A stretch of 64,000 bases of DNA from Mobula hypostoma (lineage: Eukaryota): contig NC_086097.1 in assembly GCF_963921235.1 (NCBI RefSeq), positions 97,280,001-97,344,000 of the forward strand. The letters run 5' to 3'. Made by a program: the position numbers and the translations under genes. The notes beneath the pieces were generated by a model that searched no databases, was not told where the DNA came from, and saw nothing but the letters and a program-made list of their open reading frames with translations. Shown here in pieces: positions 10,325 through 24,266 of the stretch (positions are counted from its first letter, which is position 1; each line of letters begins with the position of its first letter).

Positions 10325-13123
10325 TGGCTCCAGGGTGACCAGGGATGGGAGCTCAACGTTCAGGGATATTCAATATTCAGGAGGGATAGACATGAAGGAA
10401 GGGGAGGTGGGGTAGCGTTGCTGGTTAAAGAAGAGATTAACGCAATAGAAAGGAAGGACATAAGCCAGGAAGATGTGGAATCGATATGGGTAGAGCTGCG
10501 TAACACTAAGGGGCAGAAGACGCTGGTGGGAGTTGTGTACAGGCCACCTAACAGTAGTAGTGAGGTCGGAGATGGTATTAAACAGGAAATTAGAAATGTG
10601 TGCAATAAAGGAACAGCAGTTATAATGGGTGACTTCAATCTACATGTAGACTGGGTGAACCAAATTGGTGAAGGTGCTGAGGAAGAGGATTTCTTGGAAT
10701 GTATGCGGGATGGTTTTTTGAACCAACATGTCGAGGAACCAACTAGAGAGCAGGCTATTCTGGACTGGGTTTTGAGCAATGAGGAAGGGTTAATTAGCGA
10801 TCTTGTCGTGAGAGGCCCCTTGGGTAAGAGTGACCATAATATGGTGGAATTCTTCATTAATATGGAGAGTGACATAGTTAATTCAGAAACAAAGGTTCTG
10901 AACTTAAAGAGGGGTAACTTTGAAGGTATGAGACGTGAATTAGCTAAGATAGACTGGCAAATGACACTTAAAGGATTGACGGTGGATATGCAATGGCAAG
11001 CATTTAAAGGTTGCATGGATGAACTACAACGATTGTTCATCCCAGTTTGGCAAAAGAATAAATCAAGGAAGGTAGTGCACCCATGGCTGACAAGAGAAAT
11101 TAGGGATAGTATCAATTCCAAAGAAGAAGCATACAAATTAGCCAGAGAAAGTGGCTCACCTGAGGACTGGGAGAAATTCAGAGTTCAGCAGAGGAGGACA
11201 AAGGGCTTAATTAGGAAGGGGAGAAAAGATTATGAGAGAAAACTGGCGGGGAACATAAAAACGGACTGCAAAAGCTTTTATAGATATGTAAAAAGGAAAA
11301 GACTGGTAAAGACAAATGTAGGTCCCCTGCAGACAGAAACAGGTGAATTGATTATGGGGAGCAAGGACATGGCAGACCAATTGAATAATTACTTTGGTTC
11401 TGTCTTCACTAAGGAGGACATAAATAATCTTCCAGAAATAGGAAGGGACAGAGGGTCCAGTGAGATGGAGGAACTGAGCGAAATACATGTTAGTAGGGAA
11501 GTGGTGTTAGATAAATTGAAGGGATTGAAGGCAGATAAATCCCCAGGGCCAGATAGTCTGCATTCTAGAGTGCTTAAGGAAGTAGCCCAAGAAATAGTGG
11601 ATGCATTAGTAATAATTTTTCAAAACTCCTTAGATTCTGGACTAGTTCCTGAGGATTGGAGGGTGGCTAATGTAACCCCACTTTTTAAAAAAGGAGGGAG
11701 AGAGAAACCGGGGAATTATAGACCGGTTAGCCTAACGTCGGTGGTGGGGAAACTGCTGGAGTCAGTTATCAAGGATGTGATAACAGCACATTTGGAAAGC
11801 GGTGAAATGATCGGACAAAGTCAGCATGGATTTGTGAAAGGAAAATCATGTCTGACGTATCTCATAGAATTTTTTGAGGATGTAACTAGTAGAGTGGATA
11901 GGGGAGAACCAGTGGATGTGGTATATTTGGATTTTCAAAAGGCTTTTGACAAGGTCCCACACAGGAGATTAGTGTGCAAACTTAAAGCACACGGTATTGG
12001 GGGTAAGGTATTGGTGTGGGTGGAGAATTGGTTAGCAGACAGGAAGCAAAGAGTGGGAATAAACGGGACCTTTTCAGAATGGCAGGCGGTGACTAGTGGG
12101 GTACCGCAAGGCTCAGTGCTGGGACCCCAGTTGTTTACAATATATATTAATGACTTGGATGAGGGAATTAAATGCAGCATTTCCAAGTTTGCGGATGACA
12201 CGAAGCTGGGTGGCAGTGTTAGCTGTGAGGAGGATGCTAAGAGGATGCAGGGTGACTTGGATAGGTTGGGTGAGTGGGCAAACTCATGGCAGATGCAATT
12301 TAATGTGGATAAATGTGAAGTTATCCACTTTGGTGGCAAAAATAGGAAAACAGATTATTATCTGAATGGTGGCCGATTAGGAAAAGGGGAGGTGCAACGA
12401 GACCTGGGTGTCATTATACACCAGTCATTGAAAGTGAGCATGCAGGTACAGCAGGCGGTGAAAAAGGCGAATGGTATGCTGGCATTTATAGCGAGAGGAT
12501 TCGAGTACAGGAGCAGGGAGGTACTACTGCAGTTGTACAAGGCCTTGGTGAGACCACACCTGGAGTATTGTGTGCAGTTTTGGTCCCCTAATCTGAGGAA
12601 AGACATCTTTGCCATAGAGGGAGTACAAAGAAGGTTCACCAGATTGATTCCTGGGATGGCAGGACTTTCATATGAAGAAGGACTGGATGAACTGGGCCTG
12701 TACTCATTGGAATTTAGAAGATTGAGGGGGGATCTGATTGAAACGTATAAGATCCTAAAGGGATTGGACAGGCTAGATGCAGGAAGATTGTTCCCGATGT
12801 TGGGGAAGTCCAGAACGAGGGGCCACAGTTTGAGGATAGAGGGGAAGCCTTTTAGAACCGAGATTAGGAAAAACTTCTTCACACAGAGAGTGGTGAATCT
12901 GTGGAATTCTCTGCCACAGGAAACTGTTGAGGCCAGTTCATTGGCTATGTTTAAGAGGGAGTTAGATATGGCCCTTGTGGCTACGGGGGTCGGGGGTATG
13001 GAGGGAAGGCTGGGGCAGGGTTCTGAGTTGGATGATCAGCCATGATCATAATAAATGGCGGTGCAGGCTCGAAGGGCCGAATGGCCTACTCCTGCACCTA
13101 TTTTCTATGTTTCTCTGTTTCTA
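10325..13123 (+). mobile_element. Young 5'-truncated CR1 LINE with uninterrupted ORF2 (partial APE endonuclease + RT)
   Basis: Open frame from WLQGDQGWELNVQGY (10325) to the stop at 13045. Contains [51 protein letters not shown] and KFADDTKL. 3' tail ttttctatgtttctctgtttcta. Confidence 0.97.
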
Positions 13124-13139
13124 TAAAACCTCCAAATCC

Positions 13140-13390
13140 ATGCCAACCACCAATCACCCATTTACAATAATCCTACATTAATCCCAGATTTTATTTTCCC
13201 CACATTCTTAACAATTTCCCCCAGATTCTACCACTCACTACATGCTGGACTCAGTTTCTAACCCACCAAAGTACGTTTCCTTGTTTGGACAACGTGCATA
13301 CTACACCCAGACAGCACTCAAAGTCAGAATTGAACCCAGGACTCTGGTCCTATGAGACAGCTGCTCTCTAGCAGTGTCACTGTGCTAATA
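13140..13390 (-). mobile_element. V-SINE-like element
   Basis: Minus strand has a tRNA-like head with B-box gggttcaattctg, followed by gtgctgtctgggtgtagtatgcacgttgtcc. Confidence 0.55.
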
Positions 13391-15264
13391 ATTTGTCTTC
13401 CTCAACCAACACCACTGTCAAGACAGAGGAATAAACTTTGGCAAAACATCATGAGAGCATCCACTTGCTTTCTTCCCAATATCCTGGGAATCTTTACATC
13501 CAACTGAGAGTAAATGGGAATTGGATTTTAAGACTTCACCTGAGTGATGTACTGAAAGAGGTACTGGAACCTAAAGCAAATGCTGCTGGAGAGAAAGAGG
13601 GACAGGACTGAAACAGAGAGCTACTGGGGAGAAGCTCAGAAAACTGCTGTACTCTGTTACTTTTAATCCAGTTTTATTCCACCCACAGAACTGATCAGCT
13701 GGGAACCTCTGTCAGTGAATCTGAATGGGGCTAAGGAGGCAATGGGCAAGAAGACATAAATGACACAGGGCAAGTCAGAGGCAGCAGAGAAATAAATGAC
13801 CCGCTCAATTCTTAATCCGGTGAATCAGGGTAGTATGAATATTAACACTGCTTCATTTCTCTGTAAGTGTTGTTACCCTTTCCAGCTTAGTCCATATGCC
13901 ACTTCCATTCACCATAAACACAAATTTGACCCTGAGTTTCAATCCACTAGAATTAACTCAACTCCTCTTCTGGCCAAATTTAGTCTGTCAAAGTTTGTGG
14001 AGGAGTTAGAAGGAAAGCATAATTTTGTGGTTTTCCTAGTACCCTCTCCTGTGAAACCAGTTCCTCTTGCTGTACCTGTCCTTGATCTGACAGCAAAGGT
14101 GGTGGTTTCACTTGAGATCTGAAACTCATACTATATACTTGCTAAAGGATTGTGTGGTTATGATTCAGTATTGGCATACGCTCCATTGTTAAATCTATGG
14201 AGGAGATATAAATTATCAATTGCTTTTGTATGACATCTATTGACCATCCCCCCATTATTGCAGGAAAGGAATTTTATTTCTTTTGAGTTGTGGCCCTATT
14301 GTGAAACAGTTTAGAAGTACAACAGGCATGAAGGTAGTAGGTTGTAGATGAAAGACGTCCTTCCCAGATCAACCGAGTGAGTTATTTTTAAGTCTGGTCA
14401 CATTTCATAGATTGTAGGTTCTGAGGAAGTGGAGTGGTTTGGGATCTTTCAGAGTCTCAGTAAAAAAGGAAACACTAGTTCCATCTCCAAGCTGTTTTAT
14501 TGCAGTTGCATCTCCACAATCAATCTCAATCTTCCTGGACCAGGGAAGATGAATTTCCCTCTCATAATCTGTTGCCAGCAAACTCACACTTAATCAACAG
14601 CATAGTTACCAGAGAGAAAAAAAGTTACAGTCCTCACTGAAAGCCCCAGATGCAACATTAGAGCTGTGCAGTGTGGAGGGCAACCACTTATATCAACCAA
14701 TAGAGTTATAAGACACAGAAACAAACTCTTCAGCCCCACCACATCTGTGCCAACCATTAAGGACCTATCTGTACTGATACCATTTACCAGCACATGGTCA
14801 GTAGTCTTCAGCGCCTTGTCGATTCAAGCATTCATTCAGATGCTTCAAAATGTTGTAATTTGCTTGGCTTTGCTTGCAAATTTCAGGTTCTGTGGATTAT
14901 TTCCAATTCCTTCTTCAAGTCTATCTCCGTCTTGAACTATTCAGTGGTTCAGAGGGCAGTCTAGCATAGGAGTTTTTACATAATTTCTTGTTTGTATTGG
15001 GCCGGATAGCACAGTAACATCCCTGGGACAGAGAAAGTGGGGGGGGGGGGGTGGAAATTATTGCCCAGTCCCTCTTCAGAGATTATGAGGGAAGCTGGCA
15101 CTTGATTTAGGGGATGCCTCCCCCAAGTAAACTTTACATGCTAAATGACTCGACACCGCTGCTTGGCGTGAGCAAATCAAGTCTTAATCAGTACTTGCGG
15201 AGGGAAGGAACAGGGGAACACTATCAGCTTCACTTGCTCATTACTCAACATTACATCACAGCAT

Positions 15265-15270
15265 TTTAAT
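15265..15270 (-). promoter_or_regulatory. Candidate CAPN3 polyadenylation signal (ATTAAA)
   Basis: ATTAAA on the minus strand about 1.1 kb past the stop codon, followed by a GT-rich stretch. An alternative AATAAA lies at 14496-14501. Confidence 0.35.
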
Positions 15271-16371
15271 ACAAATTCTCAGTGGTCTAAGAAGTTTGTG
15301 AAATGCATGTGTTACATCAAGCACTTATATGAACAAACAGAACTCAAGGAAACAAACCATCATTAAATAACACAGAAATAATGTATTTTGGAATTTATAG
15401 ACAGTATAAGAGCTATTTATCATACCCCTGGTATCAATTCTTATACAGACCAATCCTGGGTTACAAATGCCTGAATGATAGACATCTCCACATACAAATG
15501 AGCTCCCACAATATTGTTAAATTCAAAAGCCCAACGCGTGTACATGTGTTTGTTCCTACGAATGCCAGAATCAGTTTCTTCTTTCTAACAACTTCTAGTA
15601 ATTGACTTTTTCTCTGTGCCCTTGATGCTGTTCAATACAATACTATGATGGTATAGTTGTCACTTTGAGTGGCTTTTGCGTATTTTCCAATTTACGGACA
15701 AATCGACTTACGGGCATCTGTAAACAGAATTCATTGGTGGCCTGGGAAGTCCTGTAACTAGTAACATTCTATAATGATGGCTGCAATGACAATATAGGGG
15801 TATGTTTCAAATGCCAGGATCTCTAATCACTTAAATTGTCGCCATAGCGATTATAATAATGAATGGCAGAGCAGAAACATTAATCATAGGCCTGCATTAT
15901 TTTCTAAACATGCCCTGCTCCAGAAGGATCCCTAGATTAAAGAAAGCTATGACTGATAATTTCCCTCCTTGAACCTGGGTTGCTGAGACCAACTCTAGTG
16001 ACTCAATGAGCTGTGAGATCCATTTACTCATTGCAAACCAAACAGTGAATCAGGGACCTTTTACTTAATATCAAATATACCCTCCCACTGGCCAGGAGAG
16101 GATAGAATAGTGGGTGTATTGGAAAACTCTTACAAGATCAATAAAGGCAACATCATTTTAAATTGGTTTCAGGCACTTCCAGTTCCAAAGGTTCTCACAC
16201 ACACACACACATGCAAACGAAGTGAAATAAGAGCTGATCTGGCAGTTTCATACTGCCAACAGTGTTTCGCCTGATCGCCTTGAACACAGAAGAGCTTGGC
16301 TTTTTGTATTGTGCTATTGAGGTTTGCACGTTGAGTTGAGGTAATAGCCAGGCCCACGAATCCTGAGAGCC

Positions 16372-16398
16372 TTAAGCATATATGGTGAGCTGCAACCA
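16372..16398 (-). CDS. CAPN3: Calpain-3 last coding exon (human exon 24): WLQLTIYA*
   Basis: tttccacag|TGG TTG CAG CTC ACC ATA TAT GCT TAA; the human C-terminus is WLQLTMYA. Confidence 0.95.
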   Translation of the reverse strand, partial: WLQLTIYA

Positions 16399-17637
16399 CT
16401 GTGGAAAAATTCGAGTAGATTGTGAAGATCCATGCCAATGGAAAGGGAAGTAGAACATACAATTAGCACACAGTAATGAAAATGATTATCTCAGGCTTTT
16501 CCTTCACTGACCAATGTTCACTGCACTTCAATTTTTAAAAAAACCCAATTTGTGAAGTACTCTGAGGCATACAGAGTGTGTAAAGCCAAGTATGATTATT
16601 TCAGGCACTGTCACAATCAAGCCTCAGTCAGTAAGGCAAAGAATCACAGTGACAGATTCGGTCTAGCGGAATTTCTGCGTTACGCCTCCCACTTCCCACT
16701 GCCCAACCAAGACCAAAACAGGTACTGTTCTTCTAAAATTTTCATTCCGTCTCTATAACTAACTCATCACACTCCAAAATCCTGGCCCCGGAACTGGTGT
16801 CGGATAAGGCACAATCATGGAGGGATGCAGTAACAATGATAATTTGATTTGCATTCCTGCCCATCAAAGCAGCTTTAGCAAAGGGTAGCAATGGAGTTGC
16901 CCCTCTAAACCACCCCACCCATCTGCTCAGATGGAAAACAAGCCAGAGGTCAACTATCTCAGGTGAGAGGACTACAGAAGGCAAACTTGTAAGCAGGGGC
17001 ATGCAACCTTTATTCCAGAGGTATATGATGAATTCGATTTGGCTCTGTTTCAAAATGTGCTGTCCAACTCTAGCTTAGAAGTTGAATCATGTGGCACTGT
17101 TGTATATTAATTTTTTTATATCAGAGTAAATTTCATTGGAACTTATTCCTGATCAAAGTGGCACCAGTCACAAACTCGAAGCTCCACATGATGATCATTA
17201 TAGGAGATCTCAGAGTACAGCACGCTGAGGTCTGCTTTGATTGTGACATAAAGGGACACATTACAGCACTTTACAAACAGCTCCTAAACTGGTTGGAGAC
17301 TGCTCATACACCTTTCAAATGAAGGGCTTATGCATAACGTGACTAATATAAAATAACATTACGCTTGAATCATTGATCTGGGTGAGATAACTGAATCCTG
17401 GAGGAGAGCAGGCCCTGGGGAAGGAGACATGATGGAAAATTCATTCTTGCACACAGCAGCCTGCACGACATAACGTTATGACAGGGCTCCGTTCTTGGGC
17501 ACTATTTGGAACCCAGACTGCAGTTCCACACGTGAGCTGCCAGAACAAAATAGTAGAGGCAGAAATGGTAACAATATGTAAAAGCAACTTGACAAGTACT
17601 TCCATGAGCAGGGCACAGGGGGAATGAATGCCGGCAG

Positions 17638-19730
17638 CGAGGCTGAGGGGTGACCTTGTAGAAGTTCATAAAATCATGAGGGGCATAAATAAGGTGGATG
17701 GTCCTGGGGTGGAGGTACTTAATGAATACTTTGCTTCAGAGGAACTTAATGGATACTTTGCTTCAGAGGAACTTAATGGATACTTTGCTTCAGAGGAACT
17801 TAATGAATACTTTGCTTCAGTATTCACTACAGAAAAGGATCTTGGCGATTGTAGGGATGACTTGCAACGGACTGAAAAGCTTGAGCATGTAGATATTAAG
17901 GAAGAGGATGTGCTGGAGATTTTGGAAAGCATCAAGTTGGATAAGTCTCTGGGACCAGATGAGATGTACCCCAGGCTACTGTGGGGAGTGAGGGAGGAGA
18001 TCGCTGAGCCTCTGGCGATGAACTTTGCATCATCAGTGAGGACGGGAGAGGTTCCTGAGGATTGGAGGGTTGCGGATGTTGTTATTCAAGAAAGGGAGTA
18101 GGGATAGCCCAGGCAATTATAGACCAGTGAGTCTTACTTCAGTGGTTAGCAAGTTGATGGAGAAGATCCTGAGAACATTTGGAGAGACATAATATGATTA
18201 CGAATAGTCAACATGGCTTTGTCAAAGACAGGTCTTGCCTTACCAGCCTGATTGAATATTTTGACGGTGTGATTAAACACAATGATGATGGTAGAGCCGT
18301 AGATGTAGTGTATATGGATTTCAGCAAGGCATTTGATAAGGTACCCCATGCAAGGCTTATTGAGAAAGTAAGGAGGCATGGGATCCAAGGGGACATTGCT
18401 TTGTGGATCCAGAATTGGCTTGCTCACAGAAGGCAAAGAGTGGTTGTAGACGGATCCTATTCTGCTTGGAGGTCGGTGACCAGTGGTGTGCCTCAGGGAT
18501 CTGTTCTGGGACCCCTACTCTGTGTGATTTTTATAAATGACCTGGATGAGGAAGTGGAGGGATGGGTTAGTAAATTTGCTGATGATACAAAGGTTGGGGG
18601 TGTTGTGGATAGTGTGGAGGGCTGTCAGAGGTTACAACCTCTGATAGGATGCAAAACTGGTCTGAGATGTGGCAGATGGAGTTCAACCCAGGTAAGTGTG
18701 AGGTGGTTCATTTTGGTAGGTCAAATATGATGGCAGAATATAGCATTAAAGGTAAGACTCTTGGCAGCGTGGAGGATCAGAGGGATCTTGGGGTCTGAGT
18801 CCATGGGACACTCAAAGCTGCTACGCAGTTTGACTCTGTGGTTAAGAAGGCACACGGTGTATTGGCCTTCATCAATCATGGGATTGAGTTTAAGAGTGGA
18901 GAGGTAATGTTGCAGCTATATAGGACCCTGGTCAGACCCACTTGGAGTACTGTGCTCAATTCTGGTCACCTCACTACAGGAAGGATGTGGAAACCATAGA
19001 AAGGGTGCAGAGGAGATTTACAAGGATGTTGCCTGGATTGGGGAGCATGCCTTATGAGAATAGGTTGAGTGAACTTGGTCTTTTCTCCTTGGAGCGACAG
19101 AGAATGAGAGGTGACCTGATAGAGGTGTACAAGATGATGAGAGGCATTGATCATGTGGATAGTCAGAGGCTTTTTCCCAGGGCTGAAATGGCTAGCACGA
19201 GAGAGCACAGTTTTAAGGTGCTTGGAAGTAGGTACAGAGGAGATGTCAGGGTAAGTTTTTTATGCAGAGAGTGGTGAGCGTGTGGAATGGGCTGCCGGTG
19301 ACTGTGGTGGAGGCGGAAACAATAGGGTCTTTTAAGAGACTCCTGGATGGGTACGTGGAGCTTAGGAAAATAGATGGCTATGGGTAAACCTAGGTAGTTC
19401 TAAGGTAAGGACATGTTCGGCACAGGTTTGTGGGTTGAAGGGCCTGTATTGTGCTGTAGGTTTTCTACGTTTCTATGTTTCTAAAAAGTAAAGGTATTTT
19501 GGCAAGAGGGGAAAGATTTGAAGGGGACCTGAGAGGCAAGTTTTCACAGAGCATGGTAGGCATTTGGAAGCTGCCAGAGGAAGTCGTAGGTATGGGTACA
19601 ATTATAAATGGACAGGTTCATGGATAGGAAAGATCATAGGGCTATAGCCAAATGCAGGCAAATGGAACAAGCTCAGGAAAGAACCTTGACAGGACGTGGG
19701 TGAGTTGAGCTGAAGGGTCTCCTTCTGTAA
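17638..19730 (+). mobile_element. CR1 copy (about 17704-19483) nested inside an older CR1 3' fragment
   Basis: RT motifs [11 protein letters not shown] and SKFADDTK with frameshifts; tail ttttctacgtttctatgtttcta. The host fragment RLRGDLVEVHKIMRG (17638) continues after 19490. Confidence 0.9.
17712..17819 (+). repeat. 4 x 27-bp tandem repeat at the CR1 5' junction
   Basis: gagg(t/a)acttaatg(a/g)atactttgcttca repeated four times. Confidence 0.95.
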
Positions 19731-19913
19731 TGTATATCTTGGTGACTTCCAAGTGGGGTTAGTATAGCGGGCAGAACGGCCTGTTCTATGTTGTGCAACT
19801 TCATGACTCTGAGTTGCAGAGGTCTGGGCAAGTGTGATTTACACCTTTCAGTGCCCACTTGGGACTTTGGTTTCCTGCTGAGGAACTGTGGCTGTCTCAC
19901 AAGATGCACTTAC

Positions 19914-19972
19914 CTCTAGGACATTCAGTTTAATAATTCCATCTCCATCTTTATCAAATGCATGGAAAGCTC
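19914..19972 (-). CDS. CAPN3: Calpain-3 exon 23 (59 nt): RAFHAFDKDGDGIIKLNVLE
   Basis: ctgcag|GA...GAG|gtaagt; PEF-domain EF5, matching the human sequence as recalled. Confidence 0.97.
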
Positions 19973-20229
19973 CTGCAGAACAGAAAGAGTAAAGTTTCCA
20001 CACTTAAAGGTACACATACAGAGAATGTAATGCTGATTTATTCCATAGTACCGACAGCACCATAGGAATTCATGTGCTCCAACAAGACTGAGCCCAGGCA
20101 GTTTGCTGAGGCAAAGAACAGAAACAGATCTCTCAGCCTGTCAAATCCATGCTAACCATCAATAATGTATGTACATTAATTCCTCTCCCTCCCCCTTTAT
20201 TTGCCTCACAACCCCCCATATTCTACCAT

Positions 20230-20395
20230 AGCTACACATGAGGGGCAATTTACAGCGGACAGTTAAACTACCAATCCTGAAGAAATACATGTGGACATAG
20301 GGAGAACGTGCAAACTCCAGCAGGGCTGGGGACTGAAATCATGTCACTGGCAGTGTGAGGCACCAGCTCAACCAGCTGTGTCACCATGCCATCCT
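20230..20395 (-). mobile_element. V-SINE-like element
   Basis: Head ggatggcatggtgacacagctggttgagc plus core tggagtttgcacgttctccctatgtcc. Confidence 0.6.
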
Positions 20396-22547
20396 CACTG
20401 AACTTGGCAGCGCCCAGCACTGGAGAACACTGTTGAGCACACTGAAAGGTGCCACACTTATAGTCTACACTTCCTCCATCCTCTTGTTTCTTTGGAGGGG
20501 TCACGCGAAGTTATAGTTCCTCGAGTCTGAACACTCCACCTATCTACAATACGTGACAAAGGGTTATTGGGATGCTACGCACTTAGTGAACAGTGGAAAG
20601 AGCTTAATGCAGCCTCATGTCAATCTTAACCTCAGAAAGCCAGGAGGATTAAACAGAAATGAGATCACTGCGGCATTGGGTCAACTAGTCTGCTGCCACA
20701 CCGAATTGCTGTGTCATGTCACAGATACTCCAACCAATTCACAAGATGAACCCTAGTTCCCATCTAAATATAACTGTTCAGTACAGGATGTGAAGAAATC
20801 CTGCTAGATGATAACCCTTAGCTCAACCCTCACCTCTGCAGGTTGTGCCCATCCTTTTCCAGGCCAAATGCCAGTCCTTTACAGTATAGGTGACACAAGG
20901 CTAGCGCTGGTGGGACGTGATGAGGAGTGGTCTTAAATACGAGAGTGGGAGTAGAGGGTCCCAATTGCGAAGGAGTATATTTTAACATCTGTTATTCAGA
21001 ATGTGGATGCTACAGGCAAGTTTAACTTATTGCCCGCCCCTATATAGCTTTGATGTGTTGATTTCTTTTCCAACCACTACATTTCTTCTGGTGGAGCTGT
21101 TTTGACAATGTTGGATTTCCAACATTTAGACGCAGCAACAAAACAATATATTTCCAAGTCAGGATGGTGCATGACTTAGAGGGGTATCTGCAGATGGTGC
21201 AGTTCCCTCACATCTGCAGCCCCTGTCTTGGTTGCGGAAGTCAAGATTTTGGGGGTGGGATGTTCTCAGGACAGCCTGGGTGATTAACTCCAGTGTATTT
21301 TGTAGATGGTTCACACTGCGGCCGCCATGCATCAGTAGTAGAGAGAGTGAACACTTAGACCGGTTGACGGGCATTGATCGAGCAGGCTGCTTTGTCCCGG
21401 ATGGTGTTGAGCTTAGAGTGTTATTTCACTGCACTAATCCAGGTAAGTGCAGAGCATTCCCTCATACCCGTGAATTGTGCAATGCAGGTGGTAGAGAGGC
21501 CTTGGGATGTTAGGACGTATGTCACTCCACACAGGCTCTCGTAGCCATGGTATTTCTGTGGCTGGTCCGTCAATGGTGATCCTGGGATGCTGCTGGAGAG
21601 AGAAGCAGCAATGCTAATGCTATTGAATGGCAGAGGTGGGTTGACTCTCTTTTGTTGGAGGTGGTAATTATTTGCCCATGCCTGAACATTGTCCGAAGCT
21701 GCTCCATTTGTGAATGCAAATGAACAATGTGCAACCATCAGCAAACATCCCCATTCTGATCTTCTGATGAAAGGAATGTCATTAATGCAGAGGGTGGTTA
21801 GTTGGGCTAAGGACGCTATCTTGAGGAGTTGCAGCTGTGATGTCCTAGGACTTGGATGCCCCATTGCAAGGCACACCTCCAGCGATGAAGCGTCCTCTGA
21901 ATGTGCAGGGTGAGGGTGCATTCTTACCATAGGAGGGAGCCAATCAGCAGCACAGTCAAAACAGGAACAGATGGTGACCAGGAGATGGGGCCATTGGGCT
22001 GGGGAGATGTTGGTTGTGAAGTTGAAAGGGCTTAGCACACTAATGCATCAGGAGAGAACCAGAGAGTTGCTCAGAATATTCAGGACAGAGGTTGAATAAT
22101 TTTCAAACACAACTGCTACCAAGGGATACAGATCAGTGCAGGAAAGAGGTGCCAACATTATGAGTTAGCCATGATGCATGAGGGGATAAAAGGCCAACTT
22201 TTGCTTCTATGACTTGTTTTTATTCACTGAGTCATCAGCAAAGTTGAAGTGGAAATTATCATCAGTGGTTCAATGCCAGAAGCAAGAGTGGTCAGGGTTT
22301 TGGAAAGGGATATTTAATATGACAGATATGGTGAATTCACCTGGAATAATTCAGTTCTAAACTAGGGAGTATTCATGGCAATATGACCATCATTGGGAGA
22401 GGTAGATCCACTCCTGACCTAACCAGCTTCCAATGATCCTGACAGAAATGGCCTTTGGCCCTGTTGTCTGGAGCTGGAGCTTAAACCACTAAAATTAAAG
22501 GCACACCACAAAGGCTGTGAACAGGAGAGGACTAGTGGTGTACTTAC

Positions 22548-22664
22548 TGAACATGCCCTCCAGTCTCAAAATGCAACAGATGAAGCTGTCGAAGTCCACA
22601 TTCATACTTAGATCGGCGTAGCGCATGGAGATGAGCTCATACAAATGGCTGTTGAGGCGGAAGC
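22548..22664 (-). CDS. CAPN3: Calpain-3 exon 22 (117 nt): [39 protein letters not shown]
   Basis: tttttcag|GC...TTC A|gtaagt; phase and length as in human. Confidence 0.97.
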
Positions 22665-24187
22665 CTGAAAAACAAGCAAGAACATCTGCTGTACCATTGA
22701 TCGTCCCTTCACCTCACTGAATCAAATACTTCCACCCCCTTACGACCCAATACAAGTAAATGCATGATACCATCTTCTCACCCTGCGCAATCAGCTCGGG
22801 TGCCATCTGAGTGGCCGGAAATTTCAATCTGCCTTTTTCTGCCATGTTACCATTGTCATCCTGATGTGACTTCCATAGCAGCGCGTGAAAATGACTTTGT
22901 GGTGCTCCAAATGGGTGCTGCATGGAGAACAGGGGAACTGGGACCACATTGTCTCAGAGATGTTTTCAATGGGCATTCCCAAATCAGATAAACCTTATGA
23001 CTCCATCCCTACCCTAGATGTCTGCAGGAAGTGAAATCCTACTTCCCCTTATACTCACTAATGCCATCTCCAGCAAGAACCCAACCACCCCCAGACAACC
23101 TGTCCAATGCTGCTACACCTCTTGCCTCTGAAGCCCACCAATTTCCCTGATATTTGATGAAGGTTTCTGATGAGTGAGGGTGTTGGCCTAAAATTTCAAC
23201 TGTTTATCCCTCTCCATTGATGCTGCCTGACCTGCTGAGTTTCTCCAGCACTTTATGTGTGTTTCTTTGATATTTAGCCAGGAACTGTTAATGACAGGAT
23301 CAGCGTAACCATATGCTTCTTTGTCATCAGCAGCTCAGGAGCTTTATGAAACTGGAATAGGTGATGGGGATGCTTTAACTGAGGAGGATGTCCTGAGTTA
23401 CGCAGTGATCAAATCAAAGCAGAGAACTGCCCTTCTGTAAATTGTAAGAAACTTTCCAACCTTCTTCTTTTAAGGCAGCTCCAGAGTTGCATGAAGAAAA
23501 TTAACAATTAGGAATAAGAATGATCCCAGTGCTTTGCCTTTAGTGCTGGCATTGGAATCAGCTCTGAAGCAATTGGAAATCATTTACACAAAGATCCTGT
23601 GACAGGAATTGATGGTGTGGAAGTAACTTATCAGTATAGCTCCAGATATCTAACATCTGCTTGTTTGGAAATCCTGGTGGTCCAGCATCTGGCTCACTCA
23701 TTAGTCCGGAATGCGAGCTAGGTTTCAGGAATGCAGATGGACCAGAGCCAGGAATGGGGCTGGATGTGTAGCTGGACAAGGGTTGGAATACAGACCTCAG
23801 GAGTAAAGAAATTGGGGGGGTTTGTGGACAGAAATGAGTTGGAAGAAATTGCGTGCTTCCCACTTCCCTTAAACTCACTGGATTCACCGGAAAAAAATCT
23901 TTAAAACAGAAAGAAATGAAGTACATTTGGGTATTGGGTGTTTCAGCACTATCAAGGCTTCCAGATTATCAGTTTTACTCTAAATGATTTATGGAAGAAA
24001 ATGGCACTCTGGTAGATACAGTTGTCCAGAACTGCACCGCACTTACAGAGTAAAGGATTCTCGAGAGAGACTCTGCCAAAAGCTTCCTTGAGATCTGAAC
24101 CTTCAGTCTAACATGGAGCTGTTCAGCTGTCAATGAGGGCAGCTCTCCCAACAGCACCTGCGGTCTCCCAAACTCATTGCTACCCAC

Positions 24188-24266
24188 CTGCATCATTCAC
24201 AGCACTCCGCAGTTCATAGCTGTCAATCAGTCCCGAATTATCCTTGTCATATTCCTGAAAAATTGC
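24188..24266 (-). CDS. CAPN3: Calpain-3 exon 21 (79 nt): [26 protein letters not shown]
   Basis: tttcttgcag|GCA...GCA G|gtgggt; EF-hand loop [12 protein letters not shown]. Confidence 0.97.

Noticed and set aside
10360..12882. Long minus-strand ORFs (258, 134 and 174 aa)
   Set aside because: Antisense shadows of the CR1 ORF2.
15039..15051. G13 homopolymer near the presumed CAPN3 3' end
   Set aside because: Simple repeat; no sequence evidence of function.
17712..17819. CRISPR-like array from the 27-bp repeats (also the 67-bp repeats at 56573-56843)
   Set aside because: Head-to-tail repeats without unique spacers, located inside retroelements in a vertebrate genome; no cas genes.
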